DNA of 64,000 bases from Escherichia coli (lineage in GTDB: Bacteria > Pseudomonadota > Gammaproteobacteria > Enterobacterales > Enterobacteriaceae): NCBI GenBank assembly GCA_023061495.1, contig GCA_023061495.1_3643.1. One strand, given 5' to 3'. A program made the translations under genes and the position numbers. Under the pieces are notes generated by a model. That model made no database searches, was not told where the DNA came from, and worked only from the letters and a program-made list of their open reading frames with translations. Positions 1 to 8,501 of this stretch are shown here, one piece after another (within the stretch, counting starts at the first letter, position 1; every line of letters begins with the position of its first letter).

Positions 1-864
1 GAAGTTGTAACCGACATTCCGGCACGCCGTCGTGGCGGTGAGCGTAACTACGTTGGTAGTGAACGTGCTCAGGTTAAAAACCTGAACATCCCGTTCTTCC
101 CTCTGGACAAAGGCATCACTGCCGCAGATGTTCAGAACTTCCGTCGTTACTTCACCCCTGATGCTCCGAAAACTGTTCAGGATGTAGTAACCCGCGTTGT
201 TCGCCGTATCCGTGTTTCTCATGAAGCACTGCGTGAGAAAGCGCTGTTCCAGGCTATTCTGGGTAAATCCTATGCACCTGGTGACGCTACCTGTCAGTAT
301 GATTACTACACTCTGTGGGATGTGTCTCAGAAGTCTGTTGAGATTGACCCTGCAAAAGCAGATCAGGATCCTATGGAGGTTCTGGAAGAAGCTCGTCTGC
401 ACATCGCACTGCAAGCTGGCGATAACGCAGCTGGCTATCGTATTGTAGCTCTGTGCTCACCAGAGTTCTTCAGCGCTATTACCCATCACCCGCTGGTAGA
501 ACTGGCATACACCTATTACGGCTCTGCTCAGGAACCTCTGCGTCGCCGTCTGGGTGCTGGCGGTCAAGACAGCGTATACCGTGTGTTTGAACATAAAGGT
601 ATCACCTTTATCGAAGATATCTCTGGCAATATTCCTAAGAAAGAGGCTCGCATTCTGCCGATGGGTATTGATCAGATGTTCCAGCTGCACTTTGCTCCGG
701 CAGACGATGTTAACGAAGCAAACACTCCAGCACAGGAACTGTACATGTGGTACAAACACTCTGCATACCTGCGTGAAGAGAAGATTGAATCTGAAACTTC
801 TATGCTGGCAGTTAACACCCGTCCAGAGTTGGTTGTTAAAGTAACTCTGAAAAACGGTGGCTAA
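1..864 (+). CDS. virion structural protein, probable major capsid protein (5' end outside window)
   Basis: Frame-1 ORF open from nt 1 to TAA 862-864; strongly biased high-expression codon usage (CGT, CTG, GAA, AAA); followed directly by GC hairpin plus T-run; lies upstream of neck and tail genes. Product inferred from context only. Confidence 0.45.
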   Translation, partial: EVVTDIPARRRGGERNYVGSERAQVKNLNIPFFPLDKGITAADVQNFRRYFTPDAPKTVQDVVTRVVRRIRVSHEALREKALFQAILGKSYAPGDATCQYDYYTLWDVSQKSVEIDPAKADQDPMEVLEEARLHIALQAGDNAAGYRIVALCSPEFFSAITHHPLVELAYTYYGSAQEPLRRRLGAGGQDSVYRVFEHKGITFIEDISGNIPKKEARILPMGIDQMFQLHFAPADDVNEANTPAQELYMWYKHSAYLREEKIESETSMLAVNTRPELVVKVTLKNGG

Positions 865-888
865 TCACTAAGGTGATTCATCCCATAT

Positions 889-919
889 GGGGAGGGGGTT
901 CTCCCCTCCCCTTTTTTTA
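889..919 (+). terminator. rho-independent terminator
   Basis: GGGGAGGGGG-TTCT-CCCCTCCCC hairpin followed by TTTTTTT. Confidence 0.7.
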
Positions 920-946
920 TTTATTAGGGTTTAACAGGAGTGTCCC

Positions 947-1792
947 GTGAAGAGAGCCGTATATCCAGTTGAGTATGATCCTCTATTAAGAGTTTTCAAC
1001 AATCAGTTAAGTTTCTATCAATTTTTAGCACAATATAACCCAGAAATCAATGTTGGTTTATCAGCCTTGCTACCACCAACAGAATTCGTTATTGGCAGTG
1101 TTCACTATCCATGCAGAACTATTGTAGACTTCTTCGAGAAGATTGCAAAACATACAGGCCTGCCAATTGATACTGGTATTTCAACCATCCGTATGGGTGT
1201 TATTCTTCTGTTCTTCACAGAGAACCTTGATGAAAGCACTTTAACACTGCAAAGCGGAGATGTCAATATCACACTCACCCCGTCAGTGTTTAAAGAGGTA
1301 GATGCTGCTTTCAAAGTTTCCGTGGCAGAGGGACATCTGTGGGACCCTGTAGGGATGCCTAAAAAAGTGACCATAAACGATGAGCAATGCAGCATTGTTT
1401 ATGAAGAAGATACCCAAACTTTCACCATCGAATGGCCTAAGAAACGCTCTCAGGTTGTAAATCTTGGGCTGACCTCTACGATAGCTCCACCGCCTCAACC
1501 AGAGCCGGAGCCGCCTGTAGGTCCTACTGAACCTGGTGGTGGTGAAGAATCCCAAGGTCCGACTGTACCTGAGGGAGGCACTGAGCAGGATCCTGAACAG
1601 ACACAAGAATCAAGATCTTCTCGCAGTGATGTTGATGCCCTACTACAGCAGGCCGCAGCTCTTAACAACGAAGATGACAAAAGTGGTTCAAAAGATGCAC
1701 TCCAAACCTTCGCCAAAGAGCACGGTGTTACCTTAAGTAAGGCAAAAACTTTCCAAAATATGATGAAAGATTTTGAGGCTGCACTGGCATAA
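947..1792 (+). CDS. hypothetical virion-module protein with Pro/Glu-rich low-complexity linker
   Basis: GTG start at 947 preceded by AGGAG (936-940); 281 aa; linker PPPQPEPEPPVGPTEPGGGEE; own terminator downstream. Confidence 0.5.
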   Translation: MKRAVYPVEYDPLLRVFNNQLSFYQFLAQYNPEINVGLSALLPPTEFVIGSVHYPCRTIVDFFEKIAKHTGLPIDTGISTIRMGVILLFFTENLDESTLTLQSGDVNITLTPSVFKEVDAAFKVSVAEGHLWDPVGMPKKVTINDEQCSIVYEEDTQTFTIEWPKKRSQVVNLGLTSTIAPPPQPEPEPPVGPTEPGGGEESQGPTVPEGGTEQDPEQTQESRSSRSDVDALLQQAAALNNEDDKSGSKDALQTFAKEHGVTLSKAKTFQNMMKDFEAALA

Positions 1793-1802
1793 TTTTGTTA
1801 AG

Positions 1803-1836
1803 GCCCCTTCCAAATTAGGAATGGGGCTTTATTTTT
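1803..1836 (+). terminator. rho-independent terminator
   Basis: CCCCTTCC / GGAATGGGG hairpin followed by T-rich tract CTTTATTTTT. Confidence 0.55.
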
Positions 1837-1851
1837 ACGAGGTATTTTCAA

Positions 1852-2472
1852 ATGGCATGGTATGAAGATGAAGAGATTATCCCGTCCCCGCCTAACCATG
1901 ATGGTGCAGTAGATACCCCAGAAGAACCACCAAAAGAAGATCCTGTACCTCCGGAACCTGATCCAGACCAACCTCTTATTAATATTATGAGGTTGTTGCT
2001 TGGCAATGTTGATGAGGAAACCCTCCCTGACGAGGTAATTAAAACATTCCTTGACATGGAGAAGTTGAAACTAAATTATCCGGCAGATCCTGATAAGCTG
2101 CCTCTGCTTAAGTACAATGTGCTTGTGCAGCTTGTGCGGTGGCTGATGATGCAGGAAGTGTCCAGCGGTAATGCAAGTATAACTTCCCGTCTGGAAAAAA
2201 TAGGTGATGAGACCATAGAGATTCGTGGTGGATCTTCCTACGCCCAATGGAAAGATTTCCTTGATTGGCTGCTGGCACACCCAGACTATGTAGATTCTGA
2301 GTTAGATGCTTACAGCAGAATGATTATCATTGGTGGTGTTCGTGTAGACGAAGGAATTCGGGTTAAATTTAATGAAAACAGCAACGGACCGTTCGATGTC
2401 CAGGGGATTACACCTATCAGTGGTCTAAATAACCAACCTCCTCGCCACCCAAGACGCAAACGCAGTTTTTAA
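1852..2472 (+). CDS. hypothetical protein (acidic, Pro-rich N-terminus)
   Basis: ATG 1852, 206 aa ORF between two terminator/promoter elements; function unknown. Confidence 0.5.
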   Translation: MAWYEDEEIIPSPPNHDGAVDTPEEPPKEDPVPPEPDPDQPLINIMRLLLGNVDEETLPDEVIKTFLDMEKLKLNYPADPDKLPLLKYNVLVQLVRWLMMQEVSSGNASITSRLEKIGDETIEIRGGSSYAQWKDFLDWLLAHPDYVDSELDAYSRMIIIGGVRVDEGIRVKFNENSNGPFDVQGITPISGLNNQPPRHPRRKRSF

Positions 2473-2478
2473 AAATTG

Positions 2479-2507
2479 TTGCTTTTGATGTATCTTTGTG
2501 GTAAAAT
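2479..2507 (+). promoter_or_regulatory. sigma70-like promoter with extended -10 (TTGCTT, 17 bp, TGgTAAAAT)
   Basis: -35 TTGCTT 2479-2484, spacer 17, TG 2499-2500, -10 TAAAAT 2502-2507; member of a motif family recurring through the window. Confidence 0.5.
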
Positions 2508-2525
2508 ACATTAGTGAGGGATATA

Positions 2526-2984
2526 ATGCTAAAGGTTAAATGTCAAACAAGGTTCAACCTAAAGCGTTTAGATCGCTTCTACAAAGAACTTGTGAGACTT
2601 GAAAGTAAAACAATAACCTACGGCTTTTATGACGAACCTCACCCGTCAGGCTTAAATATGGCAACATTGGCAGCCATTCACAACTTCGGTTGGAACGGGC
2701 TGCCTGTTCGCAATTTCATGGAGACAGCCTTTGCATTTCACAGCACTCAACTACAGACCTTGACAGAAAAATTGTTGAGAGCTATGGCTAGAGGATCAAG
2801 TGCAGAGGCTATTCTTAAGCAGATGGGGGACACAGGGGCCAAAGCTATCCAGTTTGTTATTGAGGCTGGGCAGTTTAGTAATCCTACTGTTAGCGAGCAG
2901 TGGGCACAAGAGAAAGGCTTCAACGAGGCTATGCGGCATTACGATGTGCTGCTTGAATCTGCAACCTTTAAAATCGGACAGTAA
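2526..2984 (+). CDS. putative head-tail joining/neck protein (tentative HK97 gp10-like)
   Basis: ATG 2526 preceded by GAGGG (2516-2520); the track's GTG at 2514 would sit almost on the predicted transcription start; motif NGLPVRNF; position between capsid and tail genes. Confidence 0.4.
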   Translation: MLKVKCQTRFNLKRLDRFYKELVRLESKTITYGFYDEPHPSGLNMATLAAIHNFGWNGLPVRNFMETAFAFHSTQLQTLTEKLLRAMARGSSAEAILKQMGDTGAKAIQFVIEAGQFSNPTVSEQWAQEKGFNEAMRHYDVLLESATFKIGQ

Positions 2985-2999
2985 AAATAAGGGGGTTGA

Positions 3000-3425
3000 G
3001 TGGCAGCAGGTTATAAGCTGATAGGAAAGAACAGACTAATACCTCGTAAAACATTCAAAGGTCGCCACAGAGTGTATAACAAAACAGTTGGTGGCCCTTT
3101 TGCCAACGAGGGGTTAGAACTTGAGTATGAAGAGTTTGATGTCTTAGAGTGTGTTGTGCAACCGTTGACAGGAAGGGCAGCTAAAGATTACTCCTCTCAA
3201 ATAAATCCTGAAGGTGACAGACAGTACGAGGCTTTTACAGTTTACTCCTCAACCAAGTTGTGCAGTCCAGATGAAGGAACATATGCAATGGCTGATCAAA
3301 TTCAGCTGCCTGACATCCGTGGTGACTTGAAATGGTTTACCGTTTTAAAATGCGATGCATATGTCACATCTGGCGGTGGAAGATATAGATTTTTTGTGGT
3401 GGAAGAGCCTGAAGGAGAAAACTAA
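3000..3425 (+). CDS. putative neck/tail-completion protein
   Basis: GTG start 3000 preceded by AAGGGGG; 141 aa; within head-tail gene run. Confidence 0.45.
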   Translation: MAAGYKLIGKNRLIPRKTFKGRHRVYNKTVGGPFANEGLELEYEEFDVLECVVQPLTGRAAKDYSSQINPEGDRQYEAFTVYSSTKLCSPDEGTYAMADQIQLPDIRGDLKWFTVLKCDAYVTSGGGRYRFFVVEEPEGEN

Positions 3426-3976
3426 TGGAAGCTTTCGAAAAAGTTTTTTCTGATCTTGAAACAACCATTGCTAAGCTTGTCAAGGTTGCCACAGGAAGAA
3501 CTGTAGTTCTGGCAGAAAGCTCTACCATACCGAAGCCGGAAGGTGAGTTTGTACTTTTACAAACCTTGGCGATCAATCCCACCACTTGGGAAGATAATGA
3601 GTTTCAAGATGCGGAGGGTAATGCTTACGTAACACACAGTTACACTGTTACCTATCTGTTAACAGCTTATCGTGGCAGGGCACATGCTGCACTTGGCAGA
3701 GTATTGCAAGCAATAAACCTTCCAATGTTTTATGACAAGTATTTCCCTCTGGGATCGTGCTTTGCCTACTCTAACAATTCAACAATCTCACCTCAAAGAG
3801 TGCCGTTGAATAAGCAGGCGTATGAAAATAGGGCCACGGTAATGCTGACATTTAACGTAAGGTTTGTTGAGACAGACATTGGGGCTTTTGAGGATCTTCA
3901 GGGAATTAAGGCTGAAATAACCACACACTTCCCTCCACCCAATTCTGATAAATCGGTTACAGACAGTGGTCAGTAA
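3425..3976 (+). CDS. putative neck/tail terminator-type structural protein
   Basis: ATG overlaps upstream stop (TAATG), RBS GAAGGAGAAA; 183 aa; immediately upstream of the sheath candidate. Confidence 0.45.
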   Translation: MEAFEKVFSDLETTIAKLVKVATGRTVVLAESSTIPKPEGEFVLLQTLAINPTTWEDNEFQDAEGNAYVTHSYTVTYLLTAYRGRAHAALGRVLQAINLPMFYDKYFPLGSCFAYSNNSTISPQRVPLNKQAYENRATVMLTFNVRFVETDIGAFEDLQGIKAEITTHFPPPNSDKSVTDSGQ

Positions 3977-4048
3977 TCGTTATAATTGTGTAGTGTAATG
4001 ATTACACTGCGTGTTTGATATCCGTGCACAGATATTAAGAGGAAACAA

Positions 4049-5425
4049 ATGCCATATTTAGATAAAGTGGTAGATGTTACAGTTAACCTCGGAACCCAAC
4101 CTATTGACACTGTAGGTTTCGAAACTCCGCTGTTCATCGCTATCCACAACAACTTTACTGAGCGAGCTCGTGTATATGCTGAGCTGGATCAGATGGTGGA
4201 AGACGGTTTCGCACAAGGCTCTGCAGCGTATGAGTTTGCAGCAAAAGCTTTCGGCGGTGTATTCCCTCCACAGTATGTTATGATCGGCAGACAAGCCAAA
4301 GAAAAAACCACTGTAGATTTTAAAGGTATTGCTGCCGCAGCTGATACCGATGTCGTAATGACCATTGCAAAAGGTGGCTACAATACTTCTTTGATAGTCC
4401 CTATCTCTGGTGGAACAGGTGCAACTCAGATTGCAGAGGCAATGAAGACTAAAATCGAAGCCGATGATAACTTGGACGATATCACTGTAGAGGCTGCTGA
4501 AGGTGTTATCACCATCACTGGTAACTGCACTGTTGGTTATCATACTGGTAACTATACAATCAAAAATATCGCCAATGCTGAAAAACCTTCTACAGTAGTT
4601 GATAAGATCAATGCTGAGCGGGACAATTGGTACTTCCTGTGCCATGAAGACCACACCGACATTGAAGCATGTGCTAAGTGGGCTCAGGCTAACTACAAGC
4701 TGCATGTCTACTCTACTGCAGAAGATGTGACTGGCAAAGAAAGTAACATCGCCACCAAACTGATGGCTGCACAATATGATAGTGTCGGCATGTACGATCC
4801 TCGTGCGGATAAAGATTTTCCGGAGGGTGGTATCATAGGTGCTATGGCATCCAACGACCCGTCTTACGGTGACAGTTTGCACTTAAAACAGATGCCTGGT
4901 GTGATTGCACCATCTCTGACTTTGACTCAGCGTATGGCGATTTGGGAAAACCACGTTAACTTCTACAGAATGATTAACGGTGTTGGCGCTTTCTGGGAAG
5001 GTAAGTGTGCTTCAGGTCAGTATGCAGACGCTATTCGTTTTGCACACTGGATCAAGTTCAGATCTGAAGAATCCATGTTCGGGTACATGCATCGCCGCTC
5101 CAATATGGGTTTAAGCATGAAGATGTCTGATGATGATCTTCCGGTTATCAAGTCTGTTCTGATGAACAACCCGATCAATACTGGCATTAAGAATGGCGCG
5201 ATCCTGACAGGTTTTGACGAAGACAACAATGTGTTCTACGACCCGATCATCACAGTTCCTAAACGTGCAGAAATCCCAACCAATCAGTTGGCTGCTCGTG
5301 TTCTGGAAGGTGTGAAAGTAGAACTGGTGTATAACAACGCCTTGCACTTCGTTCGTATCCGGATCAACGTCCTCCTGGACAAAGTTGGTTCTAAATCCAC
5401 CAATGCTGTTGCAATGACTGAATAA
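4049..5425 (+). CDS. putative contractile tail sheath protein
   Basis: 458 aa, RBS AAGAGGAAA, high-expression codon usage; followed by a 157-aa tube candidate, frameshifted chaperones and tape measure (classic myovirus order). Confidence 0.5.
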   Translation: MPYLDKVVDVTVNLGTQPIDTVGFETPLFIAIHNNFTERARVYAELDQMVEDGFAQGSAAYEFAAKAFGGVFPPQYVMIGRQAKEKTTVDFKGIAAAADTDVVMTIAKGGYNTSLIVPISGGTGATQIAEAMKTKIEADDNLDDITVEAAEGVITITGNCTVGYHTGNYTIKNIANAEKPSTVVDKINAERDNWYFLCHEDHTDIEACAKWAQANYKLHVYSTAEDVTGKESNIATKLMAAQYDSVGMYDPRADKDFPEGGIIGAMASNDPSYGDSLHLKQMPGVIAPSLTLTQRMAIWENHVNFYRMINGVGAFWEGKCASGQYADAIRFAHWIKFRSEESMFGYMHRRSNMGLSMKMSDDDLPVIKSVLMNNPINTGIKNGAILTGFDEDNNVFYDPIITVPKRAEIPTNQLAARVLEGVKVELVYNNALHFVRIRINVLLDKVGSKSTNAVAMTE

Positions 5426-5435
5426 GGAAGACTAG

Positions 5436-5909
5436 ATGGAAACTCAAATTTTAACTCCTTATGCGTATGACCCTAAAAAGGTCAAACTGTATCTGATGCA
5501 GCAGCGTGTCACTGGCTTCGCTGCTGACACCAAGATCGTTGTTTCAAGAAACGAAGACAACATCTACCCTCACGTTGGTGTGGATGGTGAAATGTCTGCG
5601 GCACTGTCTCGTAACCAATCTGGTGTTATGACTGTATCCTTACAGAACACTTCTGTATGGAACGCTTACCTTTCTGACTGGCAGAAACAGGCATCGATTA
5701 CTGGTCTGGTATTCTTCCCGGTTCTGCTGGAAGGTAGCCAGGGTCCAGGCATTGCTACAATCGGTTGGATCCAGAAACAGCCTGACCTGACTTACGGAAC
5801 CGAAGTAGGTCAACTGGACTGGGATATCGGTATTCTGGATGCATGGCTCAACCGTGACAACATCACTGGTGCTCTCACTGGCCTCGCAGGTCTTGCAGGT
5901 ATTATCTAA
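5436..5909 (+). CDS. putative tail tube protein
   Basis: 157 aa, RBS AAGGAAG, directly after the sheath candidate; terminator downstream. Confidence 0.5.
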   Translation: METQILTPYAYDPKKVKLYLMQQRVTGFAADTKIVVSRNEDNIYPHVGVDGEMSAALSRNQSGVMTVSLQNTSVWNAYLSDWQKQASITGLVFFPVLLEGSQGPGIATIGWIQKQPDLTYGTEVGQLDWDIGILDAWLNRDNITGALTGLAGLAGII

Positions 5910-5927
5910 GAGCACACTCTAGCATAG

Positions 5928-5953
5928 GCCTCACCTTTGGGTGGGGCTTTTTG
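5928..5953 (+). terminator. rho-independent terminator
   Basis: GCCTCACC-TTTG-GGTGGGGC hairpin followed by TTTTT. Confidence 0.6.
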
Positions 5954-5964
5954 CTTTTAGGGTT

Positions 5965-5998
5965 TTGACATATTTGTTTGTTTTTAGTATCCTATAAT
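5965..5998 (+). promoter_or_regulatory. possible promoter for the homing endonuclease gene (perfect hexamers, non-canonical spacing)
   Basis: TTGACA 5965-5970 and TATAAT 5993-5998, but spacer is 22 bp; an alternative TAGTAT at 5985-5990 gives 14 bp. Confidence 0.25.
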
Positions 5999-6014
5999 AA
6001 AGGAGGAGACAGTC

Positions 6015-7640
6015 ATGGCTAAATTGAGTGCAGAAAGGTTTATCGAAAAAGCTCGTAGGGTTCACGGAGATAAGTACGACTATTCTCTTATAGAATACAA
6101 AACATGCAAAGATAAGATAGAAATAGTCTGCAATACCTGTGGTAACCACTTCAACCAGACACCGGATAACCATATAAATCTAAAAAGAGGATGCCCTGTT
6201 TGTGGAGCTGAGAGATCTGCAAAATCAAGAAAGGGTAAGAAATTCCCCCATGAGCGTGGTAACAGGTGCACTACAGAAGAGTGGATCAAGAAGGTACTAA
6301 AAAGATATCCTGAAAATGCTGAAAAGTATGATTATAGTCATGTAGTGTACAAGACCTCTGGAGATAAGGTTGAGATTCATTGCAAAATGTGCGGAAGAAT
6401 AATGCACCAGAAACCTAGCAAGCATTTGTCAGGGCAAGGATGCAAGACTTGCGCAGCAAGATCTGTTTCTGCGAAAAAAGTTCCTAGCTTCCAAGAAATA
6501 GTTGAGAGATGTGTAGAAGTACATGGTAGTGATTATGAGTATTTTGAAGACTCTTATGTGAACACCTCAACACCTATGATGATGCGCCACAAAGAGTGTG
6601 GGAATATCTTCATGCAGCGTCCTGAATTCCATTACGGGAAAGGACAAGGATGCCCTCGTTGCTGTCGAAATCAGTCTAATGGTGAGAAAGAGATCCTGAC
6701 GTTCATTAAAAGTGTGTATAGCGGCGATATTGAAGAGAACGTGCGTATTCTGGGCAACTTTAAGGATCCTTCCAAGAAAAAGATGGAGCTGGACATTTAT
6801 GTTCCGGAGCTTAAGCTTGCTGTGGAATATAATGGTGCCTACTGGCACTCTGTAGACAGTAAGGGGAAATGGTACCACATCCTGAAAAGGAAGGCCTGTG
6901 AAAAACAAGGTATTCGCATGTTGTCTATCTGGGATTGTGATTGGCAGGATGCTCGGAAAAGACCTATCATTGAGAGATATCTCAAGAATGCTTTAGGAGT
7001 CAAAGACGAGAAGACCGTCTATGCCAGAAAGTGCACAGTTAAAGATGTGGACAATAAAACTTACCGTGACTTTATGGAGAAAAACCACATTCAAGGGTAT
7101 GCCCCCGCCAAGGAAGTGAAGAAGGGTCTGTTTACATCTGACGGCGAGCTGGTAGCTTGTATGAGTTTTAAAATACTGAAAAACAGAGATCAAAAGGTAA
7201 CCCCTTTCGTTATGTGGGACATGGTAAGGTATGCAACAAGCTGTAACGTTCCTGGTGGGCGTAGTAAGCTGTTTAAGCATATCCGAGAAGAGTTTAAGAT
7301 GGATCATGTTCAATCCTTCCTTGACAGAGATTACTTCACAGGCGTGTCCTATAAGGAGGAGGATGGCTGGATTTTGGCAGAGGACGATCAGGTGTCTACG
7401 AGCTTCTGGAGCTACCGTGGTGGCAGAATGCCAAGGCAGGCGTGGTGGAAGTCAAACATCCCAGAGACACTGAAGCATCTCGGGTTGGACGAGTCCTTAT
7501 ACGATCCTGAGAAAACACAAGAGTGGAATGCCAAAAATGCAGGCTGCTATATCCTTGAAAACAGTGGCAACTCTCGCTTTGAATGGCACAGTGATGAAGG
7601 TAAAAATGATCCTGCATACTTGGATTGGTTGAAAGGTTAA
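6015..7640 (+). CDS. free-standing homing endonuclease candidate: three zinc-ribbon repeats plus PD-(D/E)xK (DUF559/Vsr-like) nuclease core
   Basis: 541 aa; three ~60-aa repeats each with HGDKYDYS...C-x2-C...GCP-x-C; central motif ELDIYVPELKLAVEYNGAYWHS; AT-rich with AGA/ATA codons unlike flanking genes; inserted between tail tube and chaperone genes. Confidence 0.55.
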   Translation: MAKLSAERFIEKARRVHGDKYDYSLIEYKTCKDKIEIVCNTCGNHFNQTPDNHINLKRGCPVCGAERSAKSRKGKKFPHERGNRCTTEEWIKKVLKRYPENAEKYDYSHVVYKTSGDKVEIHCKMCGRIMHQKPSKHLSGQGCKTCAARSVSAKKVPSFQEIVERCVEVHGSDYEYFEDSYVNTSTPMMMRHKECGNIFMQRPEFHYGKGQGCPRCCRNQSNGEKEILTFIKSVYSGDIEENVRILGNFKDPSKKKMELDIYVPELKLAVEYNGAYWHSVDSKGKWYHILKRKACEKQGIRMLSIWDCDWQDARKRPIIERYLKNALGVKDEKTVYARKCTVKDVDNKTYRDFMEKNHIQGYAPAKEVKKGLFTSDGELVACMSFKILKNRDQKVTPFVMWDMVRYATSCNVPGGRSKLFKHIREEFKMDHVQSFLDRDYFTGVSYKEEDGWILAEDDQVSTSFWSYRGGRMPRQAWWKSNIPETLKHLGLDESLYDPEKTQEWNAKNAGCYILENSGNSRFEWHSDEGKNDPAYLDWLKG

Positions 7641-7641
7641 A

Positions 7642-7670
7642 TTGACAATGCACTATAATCATGGTAAAAT
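7642..7670 (+). promoter_or_regulatory. sigma70-like promoter with extended -10 (TTGACA, 17 bp, TGgTAAAAT)
   Basis: -35 TTGACA 7642-7647, spacer 17, TG 7662-7663, -10 TAAAAT 7665-7670; precedes tail chaperone genes. Confidence 0.6.
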
Positions 7671-7713
7671 ACACAAATATGGTGCACAACATGACTAATA
7701 AGGATGCTATAAA

Positions 7714-8187
7714 ATGGCTATAAACTTTAGACCTACAACAGAGATTGATTTAGCAGGGCACAACTTTGTGATCACCCACTGGGGACCGATGAAAGCAATG
7801 AAAAACATGCCTAAAATCGGTAAGATTGTAGCTGTCCCGCTAGGTGCTATCGGTGGATCTATTCTCTCAGGCGGTCAGAATATGGCAGAGGTCCTTCCTA
7901 CAGCCCTGGCTTACCTGTTCCAAGAACTTGATGATAACTCTATCGAAGAGTTATTTAAAATCTTGTTTGAAGATATTACCGTGGATGGTGTGGATAAGCT
8001 TAACCCTGATGTTGTGTTTGCAGGGCATCTGCTGGAGATGATTAAGCTGGCAGGTAAGGTTCTGGAGGTTAACTACGGCTGTTTTTTCACACAAGACGGT
8101 TTAGGAAGCCTTCTGGAGATGTTACAGCAGATGGGTATGATTCAGCAGGTGAACAATCTGGATCAGACTCCGGAAGAGCAGGAATAA
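7714..8187 (+). CDS. tail assembly chaperone (lambda gpG analogue)
   Basis: 157 aa between tube and tape measure; contains slippery heptamer near its 3' end; downstream overlapping ORF in the -1 frame. Confidence 0.6.
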   Translation: MAINFRPTTEIDLAGHNFVITHWGPMKAMKNMPKIGKIVAVPLGAIGGSILSGGQNMAEVLPTALAYLFQELDDNSIEELFKILFEDITVDGVDKLNPDVVFAGHLLEMIKLAGKVLEVNYGCFFTQDGLGSLLEMLQQMGMIQQVNNLDQTPEEQE

Positions 8188-8447
8188 GCAAGGTTGTTGT
8201 GAGGGCCAGTGAGTGGGCAGCCAAGAACAGTTCACTCAACTGGTTCGACTTTCTTTGGTGCAGGGTGCTTAAGAATTTCAAAGGGGAAAATTTTGAATCG
8301 CTAAATCTTGCAGATATGGCGTATTTCCTGAAGCTCTGTGAGTATCTTGATATCGAAGAATTCCTAGATACCGTCCAAAACAGGGAAATGGAGCGGGAGC
8401 AGAAGGCTGCCGCAGCTGCTGCGAAAGCTAAGCGCAGGAGAGGATAA
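7714..8447 (+). CDS. tail assembly chaperone fusion product (gpGT analogue) via predicted -1 frameshift at 8082-8088
   Basis: Frame-1 ORF 7714-8187 and -1 frame ORF (open 8058-8447) overlap; X_XXY_YYZ heptamer 33 codons before the G-like stop. Confidence 0.45.
8082..8088 (+). other. predicted -1 programmed ribosomal frameshift slippery heptamer T_TTT_TTC
   Basis: Zero-frame codons TGT TTT TTC (8080-8088); the -1 frame is open from 8058 to 8447. Confidence 0.5.
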
Positions 8448-8451
8448 TCTA

Positions 8452-8488
8452 AGGGCCGGATTCCTTTTCTGGGATCTGGCCCTTTTTA
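8452..8488 (+). terminator. possible weak terminator or RNA hairpin
   Basis: Imperfect hairpin GGGCCGGA...TCTGGCCC followed by TTTTT; loop is large. Confidence 0.3.
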
Positions 8489-8501
8489 TTATGAGGAAAG
8501 C

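Noticed and set aside
4058-4882. Antisense ORFs in the track that lie inside long + strand genes (for example 4058-4882, 8637-9071, 15960-16571, 37830-38594, 38925-39518, 58379-58798, 63038-63727)
   Set aside because: They are fully embedded opposite high-confidence genes with good RBSs and coherent organisation, and lack RBSs themselves; treated as shadow ORFs.
5965-5998. Perfect TTGACA and TATAAT hexamers upstream of the homing endonuclease gene as a strong promoter
   Set aside because: The spacer is 22 bp (or 14 bp with the alternative -10), so it was kept only as a low-confidence element.
8232-8240. GGTTCGACT resembling a tRNA T-arm
   Set aside because: It lies inside the frameshift ORF of the chaperone with no acceptor or anticodon stem context; no convincing tRNA was seen anywhere in the window.
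8199-8447. Independent 82-aa gene with GTG start at 8199
   Set aside because: More parsimoniously the -1 frame extension of the tail chaperone (gpT analogue), expressed by frameshifting rather than independent initiation.
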